The translations under genes and the position numbers were made by a program. DNA of 64,000 bases, from positions 1-64,000 of IMG/VR virus record IMGVR_UViG_3300033149_002985. One strand, written 5' to 3'. Below the pieces are notes generated by a model. The model did not search any database. It was given only the letters and a program-made list of their open reading frames with translations, and was not told where the DNA came from. Source of the DNA: a virus. Within the stretch, counting starts at the first letter, position 1; each line of letters starts with the position of its first letter. Below are positions 16,167 to 27,700 of this stretch, piece by piece.

Positions 16167-16735
16167 CAGATAAAATTTTAATAAAAATTCGTAGTTTGAT
16201 TGAGGATTCTTCAAAATCAGATTTTCATATTTTTACTTATACAAATTCAGATGTATTTACTTTACCAGAACCTAATGTCACATCTGTAACCTCTGTATTA
16301 ATAAATGGTAATTCTCTTCAATCTGGAGAAAGTTATTCTTTTAATTCTATTACAAAACAAGTAACTATTATAGGCGTAGATTTTTCAATAGGTGATAGTA
16401 TTGAGATTAATTATATTTTCAATGAATATAACGATACTGATTTAAAAAATTATATCATGGCTTCTCTAACTTGGTTAAGTATTTTTGGTTCTAAATGTCA
16501 AGATTTTGAATTTGAAGATGATGATATTTATCCATCGCCTGATAATAAAACTTGTGATTTAATTTCTATCATAGCATCTATTATAATCAAGCCAGATTAT
16601 CATGAGTATAAATTACCAGATTTAATAGTAAAATGTCCACAAAAGATTCCTAAAGAAGATAAAATCGAAGATTTAATCGAAAAGTTCAATAGAGGAGTAG
16701 GGGCTATTGGAGTTATAGAAATCGCTTTAGACTAA
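16163..16735 (+). CDS. putative head-tail adaptor with inserted beta domain
   Basis: Position; helical termini flanking a beta-rich insert. Confidence 0.45.
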   Translation: MTDKILIKIRSLIEDSSKSDFHIFTYTNSDVFTLPEPNVTSVTSVLINGNSLQSGESYSFNSITKQVTIIGVDFSIGDSIEINYIFNEYNDTDLKNYIMASLTWLSIFGSKCQDFEFEDDDIYPSPDNKTCDLISIIASIIIKPDYHEYKLPDLIVKCPQKIPKEDKIEDLIEKFNRGVGAIGVIEIALD

Positions 16736-16747
16736 AGGAGCAAAGAT

Positions 16748-17095
16748 ATGAGTGTATGCAAAGATTTAGTAATGTTAAGACGCTCCACAAGAGCTTTTGA
16801 ATTAATTTTTACTAAAGATAAAGTAGCAAAAGACATTACTGGTTGGACAATATATGTCACTGTAAAAACAAAGATGGAAGATAGTGATGCAAATGCAGTA
16901 ATCAATAAAGTGATTACTTCTTTAACTAATCCTACTAGTGGTAAAGCCCTGATAGAATTTACGACTGATGATACTGACCTCGACCCGAAGAATTACTGGT
17001 ATGCGATTGACTATAAAGATTCTGATAACAATGAAGGAACATTATTCTCTGGAAAATTAACAATTAGAAAATCTGTTCGAGATGAGAGGAATTAA
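16748..17095 (+). CDS. virion structural protein (BppU N-terminal-like)
   Basis: DITGWT...TSG..I.FT..DT..YWY pattern. Confidence 0.55.
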   Translation: MSVCKDLVMLRRSTRAFELIFTKDKVAKDITGWTIYVTVKTKMEDSDANAVINKVITSLTNPTSGKALIEFTTDDTDLDPKNYWYAIDYKDSDNNEGTLFSGKLTIRKSVRDERN

Positions 17096-17439
17096 TGATG
17101 GCTAATCAAGAATTTCATGTCGAACTTGTTGAAAAAGATTTAGTAAATGTTGAAATTGTAGAAAAAGAATTAGTAAATGTTAAATTAAATGTTATTGACA
17201 TTATTCATAGCATTTTTGATGATCAAATAATTGAAGATCATTTTATTTATAATGAAGAACCAATTCAACTTACTGTTACAAAATTTTTAACGAAGAAAAA
17301 TTATATCAGTGGTACTTTACGTGTATTTTTAAACGGAATTAAAGAAGCATATATTATTGAAGATAGTAATAATACATTTTCATTTGAAATTGATATAATT
17401 GGTACAGATTTTATTGAAGTTAGTTATATTACAACATAG
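17095..17439 (+). CDS. putative virion protein
   Basis: VE(L/I)VEK repeats; GTLRVFLNG beta domain similar to the C-terminus of 17504. Confidence 0.55.
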   Translation: MMANQEFHVELVEKDLVNVEIVEKELVNVKLNVIDIIHSIFDDQIIEDHFIYNEEPIQLTVTKFLTKKNYISGTLRVFLNGIKEAYIIEDSNNTFSFEIDIIGTDFIEVSYITT

Positions 17440-17503
17440 ATATAAAGATAAACACAGAAATTACTAATATTTCTGAAAAATAAACAAAAGAAGGTGAATA
17501 CAC

Positions 17504-18172
17504 ATGGCAAAACGAAATACTAGAATCAGAGGAGCGCAAATTCTTGCGGCTGTAGCTGGTGGTGGTTTAAAATTCGACGCAAGTGAAAATCTTGAGTTGG
17601 ATCTTAATGAGTTAAGTGCGGCATCTGTTGATGTTGCCGCAGATAGCGTTGCTATCGTTGACGCAACCGATAGTTCTACTAAGAAAGAGGCTATCGCTGA
17701 CATTATTACTGCTGTTGCTGGAGTTGGTTTAGTTGCTACTTCTGGAGTTATGGCTGTAGATATTAATGAAATTAGTGAAGTTGCTGTTGATGTTTCTGCT
17801 GACTTGATAGCTATTGAAGATGCTACAGATAATAGCACCAAGAAAGAATCTATAGCTGATTTAGCTACTGCTATGGCAGGTACAGGTATTACTGCTACTG
17901 ACGGAGTTTTATCTGCTGATAGCGTTTCTGATAATATCGTAGAAGGAGATATTCAGAAAGAAGACGAGTCTGCTACTTGTGATGGTAACGAAACTACCTT
18001 TACATTAAGCAATACTCCATTAGCAAATTCTGTTCAAGTTTATCTAGATGGTTTGTTACAGCAAGAAGGATCTGGAAATGACTATATCCTTTCAGGAACA
18101 ACGGTAACTTTCGCTATCGCTCCTGAATCTGGATCGCTCTTGATTGTTTATTATATAATTGATAACGCTTAA
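17504..18172 (+). CDS. capsid fibre/decoration-like protein with tandem ~53-aa repeat
   Basis: Two DATD.STKKE.IAD...AG.G..AT.GV repeats; C-terminal VQVYLDGLLQ...DY domain. Confidence 0.65.
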   Translation: MAKRNTRIRGAQILAAVAGGGLKFDASENLELDLNELSAASVDVAADSVAIVDATDSSTKKEAIADIITAVAGVGLVATSGVMAVDINEISEVAVDVSADLIAIEDATDNSTKKESIADLATAMAGTGITATDGVLSADSVSDNIVEGDIQKEDESATCDGNETTFTLSNTPLANSVQVYLDGLLQQEGSGNDYILSGTTVTFAIAPESGSLLIVYYIIDNA

Positions 18173-18200
18173 TCTTAATTGATAAGCTGTTTGTAAATTA

Positions 18201-18236
18201 GAGTAGAGGGTTCGGAATAATCTGAGCCTTCTACTC
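18201..18236 (+). terminator. stem-loop
   Basis: GAGTAGAGGGTTCGG / CTGAGCCTTCTACTC. Confidence 0.5.
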
Positions 18237-18270
18237 ACCTAAATGTTACATAATATGTAAGGAGTTTTAC

Positions 18271-18495
18271 ATGGGTAAAACAAGTAAGAAAAGAGCAGAA
18301 AAAACTTTAAAAAGAATGAAAAAAACACGACAAATTGATTCTAATAATTTAAGATTGATTATTCAACAGAAGTTAAAATGGGCTGAAATAGAAAAAGAAA
18401 AAGGATTAAAAATTATCAAAGAGAATCAAAGAGCAATTACACAATTAGACGGTATTATTTTATTCATAAAAGATTTGTTGGAACCAGAGGAATAA
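18271..18495 (+). CDS. small basic coiled-coil protein
   Basis: AAGGAG RBS. Confidence 0.6.
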   Translation: MGKTSKKRAEKTLKRMKKTRQIDSNNLRLIIQQKLKWAEIEKEKGLKIIKENQRAITQLDGIILFIKDLLEPEE

Positions 18496-18509
18496 AAAGG
18501 AGATTTTTC

Positions 18510-20231
18510 ATGTCAGTGGAGAGAAACACCAGGGTGAGATCAAGCCAAATTAAATCTATTTTACCAAATGATTTAGAAGCTACTAATGAAAGAACGGATA
18601 ATTACATTCCTTCGTATGATTTAGCAACGGAAAAGTTCCAATGGGTTCCAAATGCCGCAGGAGCCTCTAATATTGAAGATTTAGGAGATGTAAATTTTGA
18701 TAGTGGAACACCTATTGACGGTCATTCTTTAGTTTATGACAATGCGACTAGTAAATGGAAATCCGATTTTCCCACTTCTTTACAAGATTTAGACAACGAT
18801 ACAAAAATTCAAGTAGAAGAATCAGCAGATGAAGACATTATTCGTTTTGATGTTGCTGGAACACAAGAAGTCCAAATGGACGCAAATGGTTTAAAATTAA
18901 AAACAGGTGCAGATATCAATGAATTTTCCATTGACGGGCTTTTAGCTGGAAATAGTGATGATGTGATTCCAACCGAGAAGGCAGTAAAAACTTATTCTGA
19001 TGTTATTGATGATAAAACTATAAAAAATCAAGATAATATTGCTTTAGTAGCATTTAAAACAGCTATTGCTGGATCTTTTTCACAATTTAATATGATTGAT
19101 GGTATTGTAGATTATTATGTTGATGAAAGTGGTATTGATACTGTAAATTCTTTAAATGAGAATTATAATTCAACGGATGATTATTATAGTCCATCAAGAA
19201 TTTCTACTCCTTATGCACATTATAAATGTAATGACAATGCATCTAATACAACAGTTACAGATGATGGTACTGGAGCAAATAATGGTATAGGAAATGTTAA
19301 TACCTCAAATTATTCGGTAACAGGAAAAATAAATCAAGCTTTTGAATTTAACGGAACAACAGAATATATTAATTTAGATGCCTTATCAACAGATATTGCT
19401 TCTGATAATATCGGTTCTATTTCTTTTTGGATGAAACCAACCATAGGAGGACAATCTGATTCACAAAATGGTACAATATTTTCTATTTCTGATACTGATT
19501 CAGGAACTACTTTGTGGGTTCATTATACAGACGGAGTAGGACAAGATAGAGTTAAAATTAAACTTGATAAACAAGATTCAGCAGATCCTTGGTTTATCGC
19601 AACTCCATCAGGAGATGTTCCAGATGACGACTCTTGGATTCATATTGTAATTACTCATAATGGAATAGAACCAAAATTATATGTAAATGGTTCTAGTGTG
19701 ACTGTTATTTATTTAGCAGATAACGACAGAACACTATGGTTTAATGATTTAACTGGTTTGGATAATGGTAGATTTGGTTGTTTAAATTATAATAATGCAG
19801 GAAATAGTGATTTTTATGATGGTGATATTGATGATTTTCGTTATTATTCTGGAGTAGTTTTAACATCAGATGAAATAGCCTTATTATATAATTCTAATTC
19901 AGGTACAGAAAAAAGTCAACCCCTTTTAAATATGACATTAATTTCTGATATATTTACAGCAGAAGCAGAACCAGATACTGCTAGAATAGTTCTTCTTGAA
20001 GAGGATGTTAGTGCTATTTCTTTAAATACGGATTTAGAGGTTTGGGCTACAAAAGACGGTTCAAATTGGGCACAAGGCACATTATCAGATGAAGGTGATT
20101 ATGATGCTTCTAAAAGAATTTTAGTAGCTGATTTTACTTTAACAGGTTCAGGAACATCTTTAGAATATAAATTATTAACAAAAAATAATAAAGATTGTAA
20201 AATACATGCATCTTCATTAAATTGGGATTAA
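18510..20231 (+). CDS. LamG/concanavalin-A-like domain virion fibre protein
   Basis: AHYK...GKINQAFEFNG...SISFWMKP...WIHIV...LYVNG...GDIDDFRYY. Confidence 0.8.
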   Translation: MSVERNTRVRSSQIKSILPNDLEATNERTDNYIPSYDLATEKFQWVPNAAGASNIEDLGDVNFDSGTPIDGHSLVYDNATSKWKSDFPTSLQDLDNDTKIQVEESADEDIIRFDVAGTQEVQMDANGLKLKTGADINEFSIDGLLAGNSDDVIPTEKAVKTYSDVIDDKTIKNQDNIALVAFKTAIAGSFSQFNMIDGIVDYYVDESGIDTVNSLNENYNSTDDYYSPSRISTPYAHYKCNDNASNTTVTDDGTGANNGIGNVNTSNYSVTGKINQAFEFNGTTEYINLDALSTDIASDNIGSISFWMKPTIGGQSDSQNGTIFSISDTDSGTTLWVHYTDGVGQDRVKIKLDKQDSADPWFIATPSGDVPDDDSWIHIVITHNGIEPKLYVNGSSVTVIYLADNDRTLWFNDLTGLDNGRFGCLNYNNAGNSDFYDGDIDDFRYYSGVVLTSDEIALLYNSNSGTEKSQPLLNMTLISDIFTAEAEPDTARIVLLEEDVSAISLNTDLEVWATKDGSNWAQGTLSDEGDYDASKRILVADFTLTGSGTSLEYKLLTKNNKDCKIHASSLNWD

Positions 20232-20235
20232 AATT

Positions 20236-20376
20236 ATGACAGTAAAAAGACTTATAACAGAAAAACAACGTAAACAAATTAGAGAATCTAAAAAATATAA
20301 AGGTAAATCTGAATTGACTCGCCAAGAATTAGACGAATTGATTATTATTTTAGCTAAAAAAACAGGAATTCTTTAA
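20236..20376 (+). CDS. small hypothetical protein (46 aa)
   Basis: Hand-translated ORF filling the gap (MTVKRLITEKQRK...). Confidence 0.5.
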   Translation: MTVKRLITEKQRKQIRESKKYKGKSELTRQELDELIIILAKKTGIL

Positions 20377-20377
20377 T

Positions 20378-20755
20378 ATGACAGATTGCATAAAAAATTT
20401 ATTTAAAAAAAATTCAAAATGGATTAATATTTATCAAGGTATAGAAACTGTTGATGATCCTTTTGAAAAAAATACTACTGTAACTTATATTAATCCTAAA
20501 TCAATTAGAGCTCTTATAAGCGATCTTACTTTTGCTAAAATTAAGTGGTCAATGCCAGGCGTAATAACTTCTAGAGCTAAAATTATTCTGATTGAAAAAA
20601 GATATCTAACTCTTTTAGAAAATTCTCAAATGATTGAAATTAAAACTGATAATCATAGTGTAGAATCTTATGAGGGTTGGCGAGAGAACTCGAAATTACA
20701 ATATAAAATCGAAGGAGACTATATAAGAGCTTATATATATAGTAAACATATTTAA
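20378..20755 (+). CDS. putative head-closure/stopper protein
   Basis: Size and synteny in the neck module. Confidence 0.5.
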   Translation: MTDCIKNLFKKNSKWINIYQGIETVDDPFEKNTTVTYINPKSIRALISDLTFAKIKWSMPGVITSRAKIILIEKRYLTLLENSQMIEIKTDNHSVESYEGWRENSKLQYKIEGDYIRAYIYSKHI

Positions 20756-20756
20756 A

Positions 20757-21269
20757 ATGATTAAAACTACTGTACATTTTGGAAATATGTTTAAAGAAAT
20801 CAAAGAAAGTATTAATATTCACGAAAAAAATGTACGTTTAAGACTTAACAAATTAGGATCTGAAACCAAGAAAAAAATGCATGAAGTTATTCAAAGTAAT
20901 AAAGTTCGCCCACAAGCTGGCGAACCTACAAAATTGGAAGATAATATTGATGTTGAGTTTTATCCTGCTGAAGCAGGGTGGGGCGTTGGAGAAATTGATA
21001 AATTAAATAAAAATGCTAAACATTGGCGAGCCGTTAATTATGGCTCATCTCACATGGTTGGTAAACATTTACCACCTGGAATATTTGACCCAGGAACAGC
21101 GTCTCCAGACGCAGGCTCTTTCAGAGCAGGAAGATTTAAAAAGGGAATGAATAAAGATGGGAAATCTTATTCTCCTATTGTAACTAAAGAAATTTCCCCT
21201 ATGAATTACATCACGAAAACTATTAATTTTGTCCGAAGAGAAATAAACAAATTAAAATTTATTAAATAA
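20757..21269 (+). CDS. putative tail-completion (HK97 gp10-like) protein
   Basis: Basic; VNYGS and PMNYI motifs; synteny. Confidence 0.55.
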   Translation: MIKTTVHFGNMFKEIKESINIHEKNVRLRLNKLGSETKKKMHEVIQSNKVRPQAGEPTKLEDNIDVEFYPAEAGWGVGEIDKLNKNAKHWRAVNYGSSHMVGKHLPPGIFDPGTASPDAGSFRAGRFKKGMNKDGKSYSPIVTKEISPMNYITKTINFVRREINKLKFIK

Positions 21270-21280
21270 GAGGTAAAAGA

Positions 21281-21784
21281 GTGGCAACTATTTACAGAAT
21301 TTCTAGAAATCTCGAAGCCAGTGTTATTCAATACATTGAAGCAGAATTAGTTTCTGCTAATTGGACTAATATAACTGTTGCAAAATCCTTTAAAAAGATT
21401 TATGAAATTCCTATAAATACTTTTCAAAAACAAGGTGCAATTTGTGTTCGTCTAAGCGAAACAGTTCATGACAAGGTTCAAATTGGTGACGATTCAACAG
21501 TGAGGAAACCAAACATTTTAATTGATGTGTTTGCCACTTCAGATGGACAAAGACTTGATTTAAAAGACATTTTAGTTAGTATTTTTAAAGGCGGATTTCC
21601 TTATTATGAGTATGAAACTGATAAAAAAAATATTACTAAAAAAACTTTGAATGGAAGAATAAGAGTTGTAAAAATTGATGACACAGAGGTAAATTTAGGT
21701 GTAGATAAATCATTGCTCGAAGTTTATGATAGATTCAGACATCTTATTGGAATTTCTTGTAATTGTGGAAAGATTGAGGTATAA
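21281..21784 (+). CDS. putative tail terminator protein
   Basis: Synteny before the tail tube; IDVFA..DGQR motif. Confidence 0.55.
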   Translation: MATIYRISRNLEASVIQYIEAELVSANWTNITVAKSFKKIYEIPINTFQKQGAICVRLSETVHDKVQIGDDSTVRKPNILIDVFATSDGQRLDLKDILVSIFKGGFPYYEYETDKKNITKKTLNGRIRVVKIDDTEVNLGVDKSLLEVYDRFRHLIGISCNCGKIEV

Positions 21785-21787
21785 GAA

Positions 21788-22012
21788 ATGGCAAATATGC
21801 TAAGAGTTTTAATGATGGTCTTAGACAAATATGGAATGGATACTCTCCAAATAGGAATTATTCTTGGATTGTTTTGGAAATTGTTTTATAATCATTTGAA
21901 ACATATAAACATTTCATTGAAGGAAAATAATAGTGAAATAAAATGTGTTAAGACTGAGGTAATAGATTTAAAAGAAAGAGTATCTAAAGTTGAAGGTAAA
22001 TTAGATATTTAA
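21788..22012 (+). CDS. small membrane protein with coiled coil (holin/XhlA-like)
   Basis: One TM segment plus ERVSKVEG tail. Confidence 0.45.
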   Translation: MANMLRVLMMVLDKYGMDTLQIGIILGLFWKLFYNHLKHINISLKENNSEIKCVKTEVIDLKERVSKVEGKLDI

Positions 22013-22102
22013 TAAATGTAGAGTTAGAAAAGATAAAAATTAGATAGGGAGAACCCCACAAAAAGATAAGTTTTTAAAAAAAAGTCTAAGGAGGACTTAA
22101 TA

Positions 22103-23350
22103 ATGCAACATAGTTCAAAATATTGCCCTAGAATTTTTCCCGTTAATGGTGATGGAGCACCAGTAGAAATTGATAGGGTACAAAGTATTGACCCTACGGT
22201 TGATTTAAATCGTAGAAAAGTAGAGGAAGTTGGTAATCCTGATGTAGTGGGGTATGTGAAGAAGTCGCCGACTGTAACATATCGTATGACACAGTTGGAG
22301 TATGGTTCGTTGGAATTTTGGAGAAAAATTGCTAATAAAAGTGATTCAGTAAATACAATCACATTAGATGATTTTAAAACTCCTACTTTTGACATCGCCG
22401 CATTTTTAACAGACGATGTTAATGATGTTTACAAAGGAACATTGTGGTATCCTAAATTAAGAACAACAGGTTTTTCTTTTAATATCGGAGATCCAGAAGC
22501 TGATGGAGAAAGAACCTTTGATCTAGTTGGAGAAGAAGCTATTGAGTGGCAAGGAGATAACAAATATGTTATTTTTGTGGCTCATGACGCTCCTGTAGGA
22601 AATGAAACAACTGTAGACCTAAGCACTAGGGTTCCTGCAATTGACCCCGATGTTTCTGTCGGAAAAACCGACGCAGAAAAGTATATTTATAGGGTTATGA
22701 GATACAGAGGAACTACATCAACTGAATTAGATTTAAGCTCTGATGTTAGTTACGATATAGGAACAAAGGTGTTAACGATTAACAGTGTTAGCGCAGGAGA
22801 CAAGTTTAAAGTTTGGCATACGTCTGCTACTGCACCTGATACGTTATTTACACCAAATACAAGTGACCCTGCCGCATTATCAGCGGACTCTGTATCAATT
22901 TATTTATATATCCCTGGTTCTGGTAAACCAGATTCAGCAGATTATATTTATAGATTGCAAAGTGTAACAATGGATGTTTCTTTTGATCGTGAAGACCTTA
23001 AAGAAATTGGAAATAAAAGGGTTGTTCAACGAGGTATTAATGAGAAAACAGTATCCATTACTCTTGGACAAATCATGGAAGGTTTCACTATTGAAGAAGT
23101 GTTAAGAGGCGAAGTTGCTGGATACGGAAAATTAGACGTTGAAAAAATGACAGATAATGCTTCGATAATTATCAAAGTTTTTGAAGATAATACTAAATCA
23201 ACTTTGAAATACGGTTTTAAAGCGGATGGTTTATCGCCTACTAACCTTTCTAACAGTGTTGGTGTTGCCGCTTATGTTAATAAAGAAAATGCCATCGAAG
23301 GCAGTCGTTTGACTATTAGCAATGAAAATAGTGAGCTCGGTGGTCTTTAA
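22103..23350 (+). CDS. major tail tube protein
   Basis: Internal duplicated RVQS/RLQS...E(V/I)GN tube motif, strong GGAGG RBS, downstream hairpin, position before chaperones and tape measure. Confidence 0.7.
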   Translation: MQHSSKYCPRIFPVNGDGAPVEIDRVQSIDPTVDLNRRKVEEVGNPDVVGYVKKSPTVTYRMTQLEYGSLEFWRKIANKSDSVNTITLDDFKTPTFDIAAFLTDDVNDVYKGTLWYPKLRTTGFSFNIGDPEADGERTFDLVGEEAIEWQGDNKYVIFVAHDAPVGNETTVDLSTRVPAIDPDVSVGKTDAEKYIYRVMRYRGTTSTELDLSSDVSYDIGTKVLTINSVSAGDKFKVWHTSATAPDTLFTPNTSDPAALSADSVSIYLYIPGSGKPDSADYIYRLQSVTMDVSFDREDLKEIGNKRVVQRGINEKTVSITLGQIMEGFTIEEVLRGEVAGYGKLDVEKMTDNASIIIKVFEDNTKSTLKYGFKADGLSPTNLSNSVGVAAYVNKENAIEGSRLTISNENSELGGL

Positions 23351-23368
23351 GAAATAGATTAGTATTTT

Positions 23369-23394
23369 GGGGCTACCGATTTTAGAGTAGCCCC
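23369..23394 (+). terminator. stem-loop after the tail tube gene
   Basis: GGGGCTAC/GTAGCCCC. Confidence 0.55.
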
Positions 23395-23432
23395 TAGAGA
23401 ATTTTGTAAGTGATAAATGTAAGGAGTTTATT

Positions 23433-23681
23433 ATGAAAAATGAAGAATTAAAACAGTTAAAAGAATTTGTTAGTCTTAGCACAAAGCATTTAGTTGGTGT
23501 TTTGATGAAACGACTAGAAATTTTAGCCGAAGAAAATAAAGGCTTAACTGTTAATCAATATCAAAATATATTAAAAAGTGAAATTAAAGAACGTATTTAT
23601 GAAAATGGCAGAGAACTTGAAGTAGTTTTTAATGCTTTTGATAAAGGCGTAAAATTCACAATAGCACCTCGGACTAAATAA
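23433..23681 (+). CDS. hypothetical protein
   Basis: AAGGAG RBS; followed by a CACCTC/GAGGTG + T6 terminator-like element (23665-23706). Confidence 0.6.
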   Translation: MKNEELKQLKEFVSLSTKHLVGVLMKRLEILAEENKGLTVNQYQNILKSEIKERIYENGRELEVVFNAFDKGVKFTIAPRTK

Positions 23682-23723
23682 CAGTTTATGTTCAGAGGTG
23701 TTTTTTATTTAAAGGAGAAACGT

Positions 23724-24371
23724 ATGGAAAACAAAATAGATAAAGTAAAATTATTACAAAATGCTAATAATGCTCTTAATGAACTTGAAAAAATTAAAGA
23801 TATAGAAGAAATGATTCAAGATAACATGATTGAATTTGGGTTTGAAGAAGAAATTTATAGAGTTAGAAAATTGACTCGTCGAGAACGTCACGAAATTCAA
23901 AGAATTACTAGTAAAGAAAAATATCGTTTATTGAATGAAAAGGATAATGTTACTGAAGAAGAATTAATACAGACTTATTTAAATAGGAAGAATCCTATAA
24001 ATATTTCAGCAATGCGCCAACAAATTAGAGATATTCAATATAAAATAGAAAAATTAGCTATTATTGTAACAAAATCTTCCATTGATAGCACAAAGAAAGA
24101 ATTAGAAACTAAATGCGATGATTTAAAATTAGAACAACTTGAGATAATGTATAAAATTGATGATTGTCTTAATATTTCTATTGAACAGCAATTAAAAAGC
24201 TTTGTTCAAGAATATATGATTTATTTATGTCTTGAAAAAATGGTTGGAGAAGATTGGAAGCGTCGTTATGAAACTTATGATGTTTTTATGGATACCAACG
24301 GCGAAAAAGAAGATAAATTGGTTTATATGGCAACATATTATTTTAACGAACTAATAAATAAAAATGAATAA
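23724..24371 (+). CDS. putative tail assembly chaperone
   Basis: AAGGAG RBS before ATG 23724; YRVRKLT motif; synteny. Confidence 0.55.
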   Translation: MENKIDKVKLLQNANNALNELEKIKDIEEMIQDNMIEFGFEEEIYRVRKLTRRERHEIQRITSKEKYRLLNEKDNVTEEELIQTYLNRKNPINISAMRQQIRDIQYKIEKLAIIVTKSSIDSTKKELETKCDDLKLEQLEIMYKIDDCLNISIEQQLKSFVQEYMIYLCLEKMVGEDWKRRYETYDVFMDTNGEKEDKLVYMATYYFNELINKNE

Positions 24372-24726
24372 GCGAAAATCTGACCCTCTTAGAAAGTTAG
24401 CTAGAACCATAAAATATCAAAGCCTTTATAATGCAACTAAAGAAATACCAAATATTCAGTTATTTCAAAATGTAAAAGACATTTCTAAGATACAATTAAA
24501 CTTTCTTTATTGGCTGGCTATTTATAATAGACTTTATTGCGACCTTGTATCTTGTGATAACAAATATTTAACTAAAAAAGTTATTGAAGATGATTTTTTA
24601 TGTGATTGTTATCTTATTTGGGAAAGAAAAAAGAGAGATAAAACTGATAAAGTAAATAACAATAAAAAAGGAATAAACAGAAATTCAAAAGTACCTTCTG
24701 TTGTTTTTACAAGAGGTAAAAAATAA
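24364..24726 (+). CDS. putative second tail assembly chaperone
   Basis: Directly upstream of the tape measure gene. Confidence 0.45.
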   Translation: MNKRKSDPLRKLARTIKYQSLYNATKEIPNIQLFQNVKDISKIQLNFLYWLAIYNRLYCDLVSCDNKYLTKKVIEDDFLCDCYLIWERKKRDKTDKVNNNKKGINRNSKVPSVVFTRGKK

Positions 24727-24728
24727 TT

Positions 24729-27700
24729 ATGGATGAACATAAAAGATTTATAATCGATACTATTTATAATGCACGTGGATTAAAAACTTATACCCAAGAT
24801 ATGAATAGGGCGAGAAGAGTCGCAAAAGTTTTTGGTATAGGTTTAAGCAAACAAGCAAAAATTTTAGAAAAAACCACTTCTCAGTCTTATAATAAACAAG
24901 GCGATGCAGTTAGAAGAACAACAACTATTATGGAAGATCAAGGAAAAAAGGTTCGAACCGTTTATGATCAAATAGGTAAAAAGGTTAAAATTGTAAATGG
25001 AACTTTTACGAAATCCCAAGGTGCATTATCAAAAACAGGAAATGAACTAAAAAAATTAGTAACTAGAGCAGGATTAGTTATCCCTGTTTGGTTACTTTTG
25101 CGTGGTGCTATGATGGCTACTCTCCGAGTTATTAAAGAGAGTATTAAATTTATGGTAGAATGGGAATATCAGCTTGCGCAAATTCGCCTTGTCGGCGATT
25201 CTACCGAAGCACAGATTAATAATTTATCTAGTTCTTTGTTACGCTTATCTACTTCTCTTGGAATTTCTAATGGATTATTGGGCGAGGGCGCAAAGTTATT
25301 TATTCAGCAAGGTAGAGCAATTGAAGAAATTGTTCCTTTAATGGAATCTACTGCAAAACTTTCGCTTTTAACAGGACGAACAATTGTTCAGTCAGTCGAA
25401 GACCTTACCGCTGTTTTAAAAGCTTATAAACTAGAAGCCTCAGATGCAAGTTCTATTGTTGACTTAATTACTGCTACGATGCTGAAGCATGCTATAACCG
25501 CCTCAGATTTAGCTTCTGCTTACAAAGCGACTGCTTCAACTGCTGAAGCATTAGGGGTTTCTTTAGCTTCCTTAACAGGATTTGTTACTGCTATTAAAGT
25601 AGTTACTAGGGATACTGGTACAAAGGTTGGTACTGCTCTTAGAACAATGTTTTCTAGAATTTCTACGAGTTCAGCGGAATCTCTTCAAAAATTAACACAA
25701 GTTCCTTTTTATTTAGATAAGATGGGGAAAACCACTTCTAAAGTCACCCCAAGAATGAGAAACATGTCTACTATTATTTCTGAAATGGCTTTAGTTTTTG
25801 GCACTTTAGAAAACGCTCAACAATCTCAAATTGCTAAATTAATTGGTGGTATACGAAGACAGAATCAAGTTTTTGCCCTTTTTAATAATTTTACAGAAGC
25901 AGTAGAGGCTCAAACAGATGCTTTGTTGGGATTAGGTAAAGCCGATGAAGCGATTGCAAAATTAACAGATACAACAAAAATAGGAATAGAACAATTAAAA
26001 GGTGCTTGGGGTGAATGGGTTGATGTGGTTGGAGATACTCAAATTTTTAAATCTAGTTTAGATTTTATAAAGAATCAAATACTAGGTGCCATTACACTTT
26101 TAGACCCTGCTAGGGCTTTTGCTATTGGATTTGGACAAGAGCTTAGAAAACAAGGTGAGTTGTTTGTTCAAGAAGGGAAATTTGTTGAGGGTATTGAAGA
26201 AATACAGAAAGAACTTTTAGAAATGCAAGAAATTGCTTCTAGAACTACAGATGTATTTCAATTAGAGCAATTAGCTCAAAGAACTAGAGTTTATGCTAAA
26301 GCATTCTATGAAGCTTTTGCGGAGCATGGTATTGAGGTTCCAATTAATCCAAAATTAGAAGATTGGAAAAAATTGTCTAAAATCATAGAGCAAACAATGC
26401 CAGAATTATTTGAATTAGATGTGAAGGCTAAAGTAGATTTAGACACTTTAAATTTAAAACAACAACTTTTAGATTTAAGTGAAACTCTTAGATATACTTT
26501 CCAAGAGAAAGAAATACAGAATATGAATAAGGCTGTTTATAGTCTTAATCCTGCGTTAAAAGTTCTTCAAAAAACAGTCAAAGGCATTGAATTTATAGGT
26601 GCTAGAAAGTCATTAGAAAAACTTGCCAAAGGAATGAATTTATCAAAAAAAGAATTTAAAGAATTGGAAAAAGCAGGTCAAAAAGTATTTAAAGATAATG
26701 AGTTAGAAGGATTTTTAAATCTTCTAAAAAAAGTAGATTCTATATCTTCAGACATAGTTGATGTTGACCAAAGAAGAATTGATAAGATTAAGGAATTAAC
26801 AACCAAAGCAGAAAATCATAAAAAAATTCAAATTTTAGAAGCAGAAATTAAAAGGAAATTAAATTCTTTTGATAGGGAAGCTATTAAATTAAATTTAGAT
26901 AGATTAACAATTGTAAATGGCATGCTTAAAATTTTAGAAAATATTGATAATGTAACGGGTTCTAATCAAGATAATCAAATTGAAAGTTTAAAAACTGAAA
27001 AATATAAATTAGAAGTTTTAAAAGATAGAAATAAATTACAAGCAAAACAGGATATTCTTTTAAATAAATTAAAAGTTTCAGGAGCATCAAAGCTTCAAAT
27101 TTTAATTCAAGAATTAGCTTATCTAGAACAAATAAATGCCCATGAAGATAAAAGACTTGAAAAACAGAAACAAATTGCTATAGAACGTCAAAATTTAGAA
27201 GTTACTACTTTAAATACTATTTTACAAGGACAATTGGGTATTCTTAAAGCTCAAGGAGCAAGTGAAATACAGATTATTAAAACTCGAATTGAGATGGAAA
27301 AGAAGTTAGGAATTGAGAAAAAAGGGTTAGCTTATTTAAAACAACAGTTTGAAATTCAACAAGCAATTACAAAAGAAACTAAAAGAACTCGCCAAGAAAG
27401 ACAAGCAGACCTTAAAGCGGCTATTATTAAAAAACGTAAAGAAGAGTTTGAAGCTGATCCATTTAGACAAGCAGAATTTAAAACTCAAGAACGTCGCATG
27501 GAAAGCCAAGCCAAAGAAGCAGGTCTAACACAAGAAGAAATAGATGCGATTCTTAGACCAACTGAGGATTTAGAAGCAGATTTACCACAATCAATGCAAG
27601 ATCTAGTGATTGAAAACGGAGTGTTATCAGATTCTATGTTTACTTTGCAGGGAGCCATTGAAAATTTAACAAATACAATTCTTGGTAAGCCAGTAGAATT

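Noticed and set aside
24340-24375. Programmed -1 frameshift between tail chaperones
   Set aside because: No XXXYYYZ slippery heptamer seen; the second ORF has its own ATG in the +1 frame
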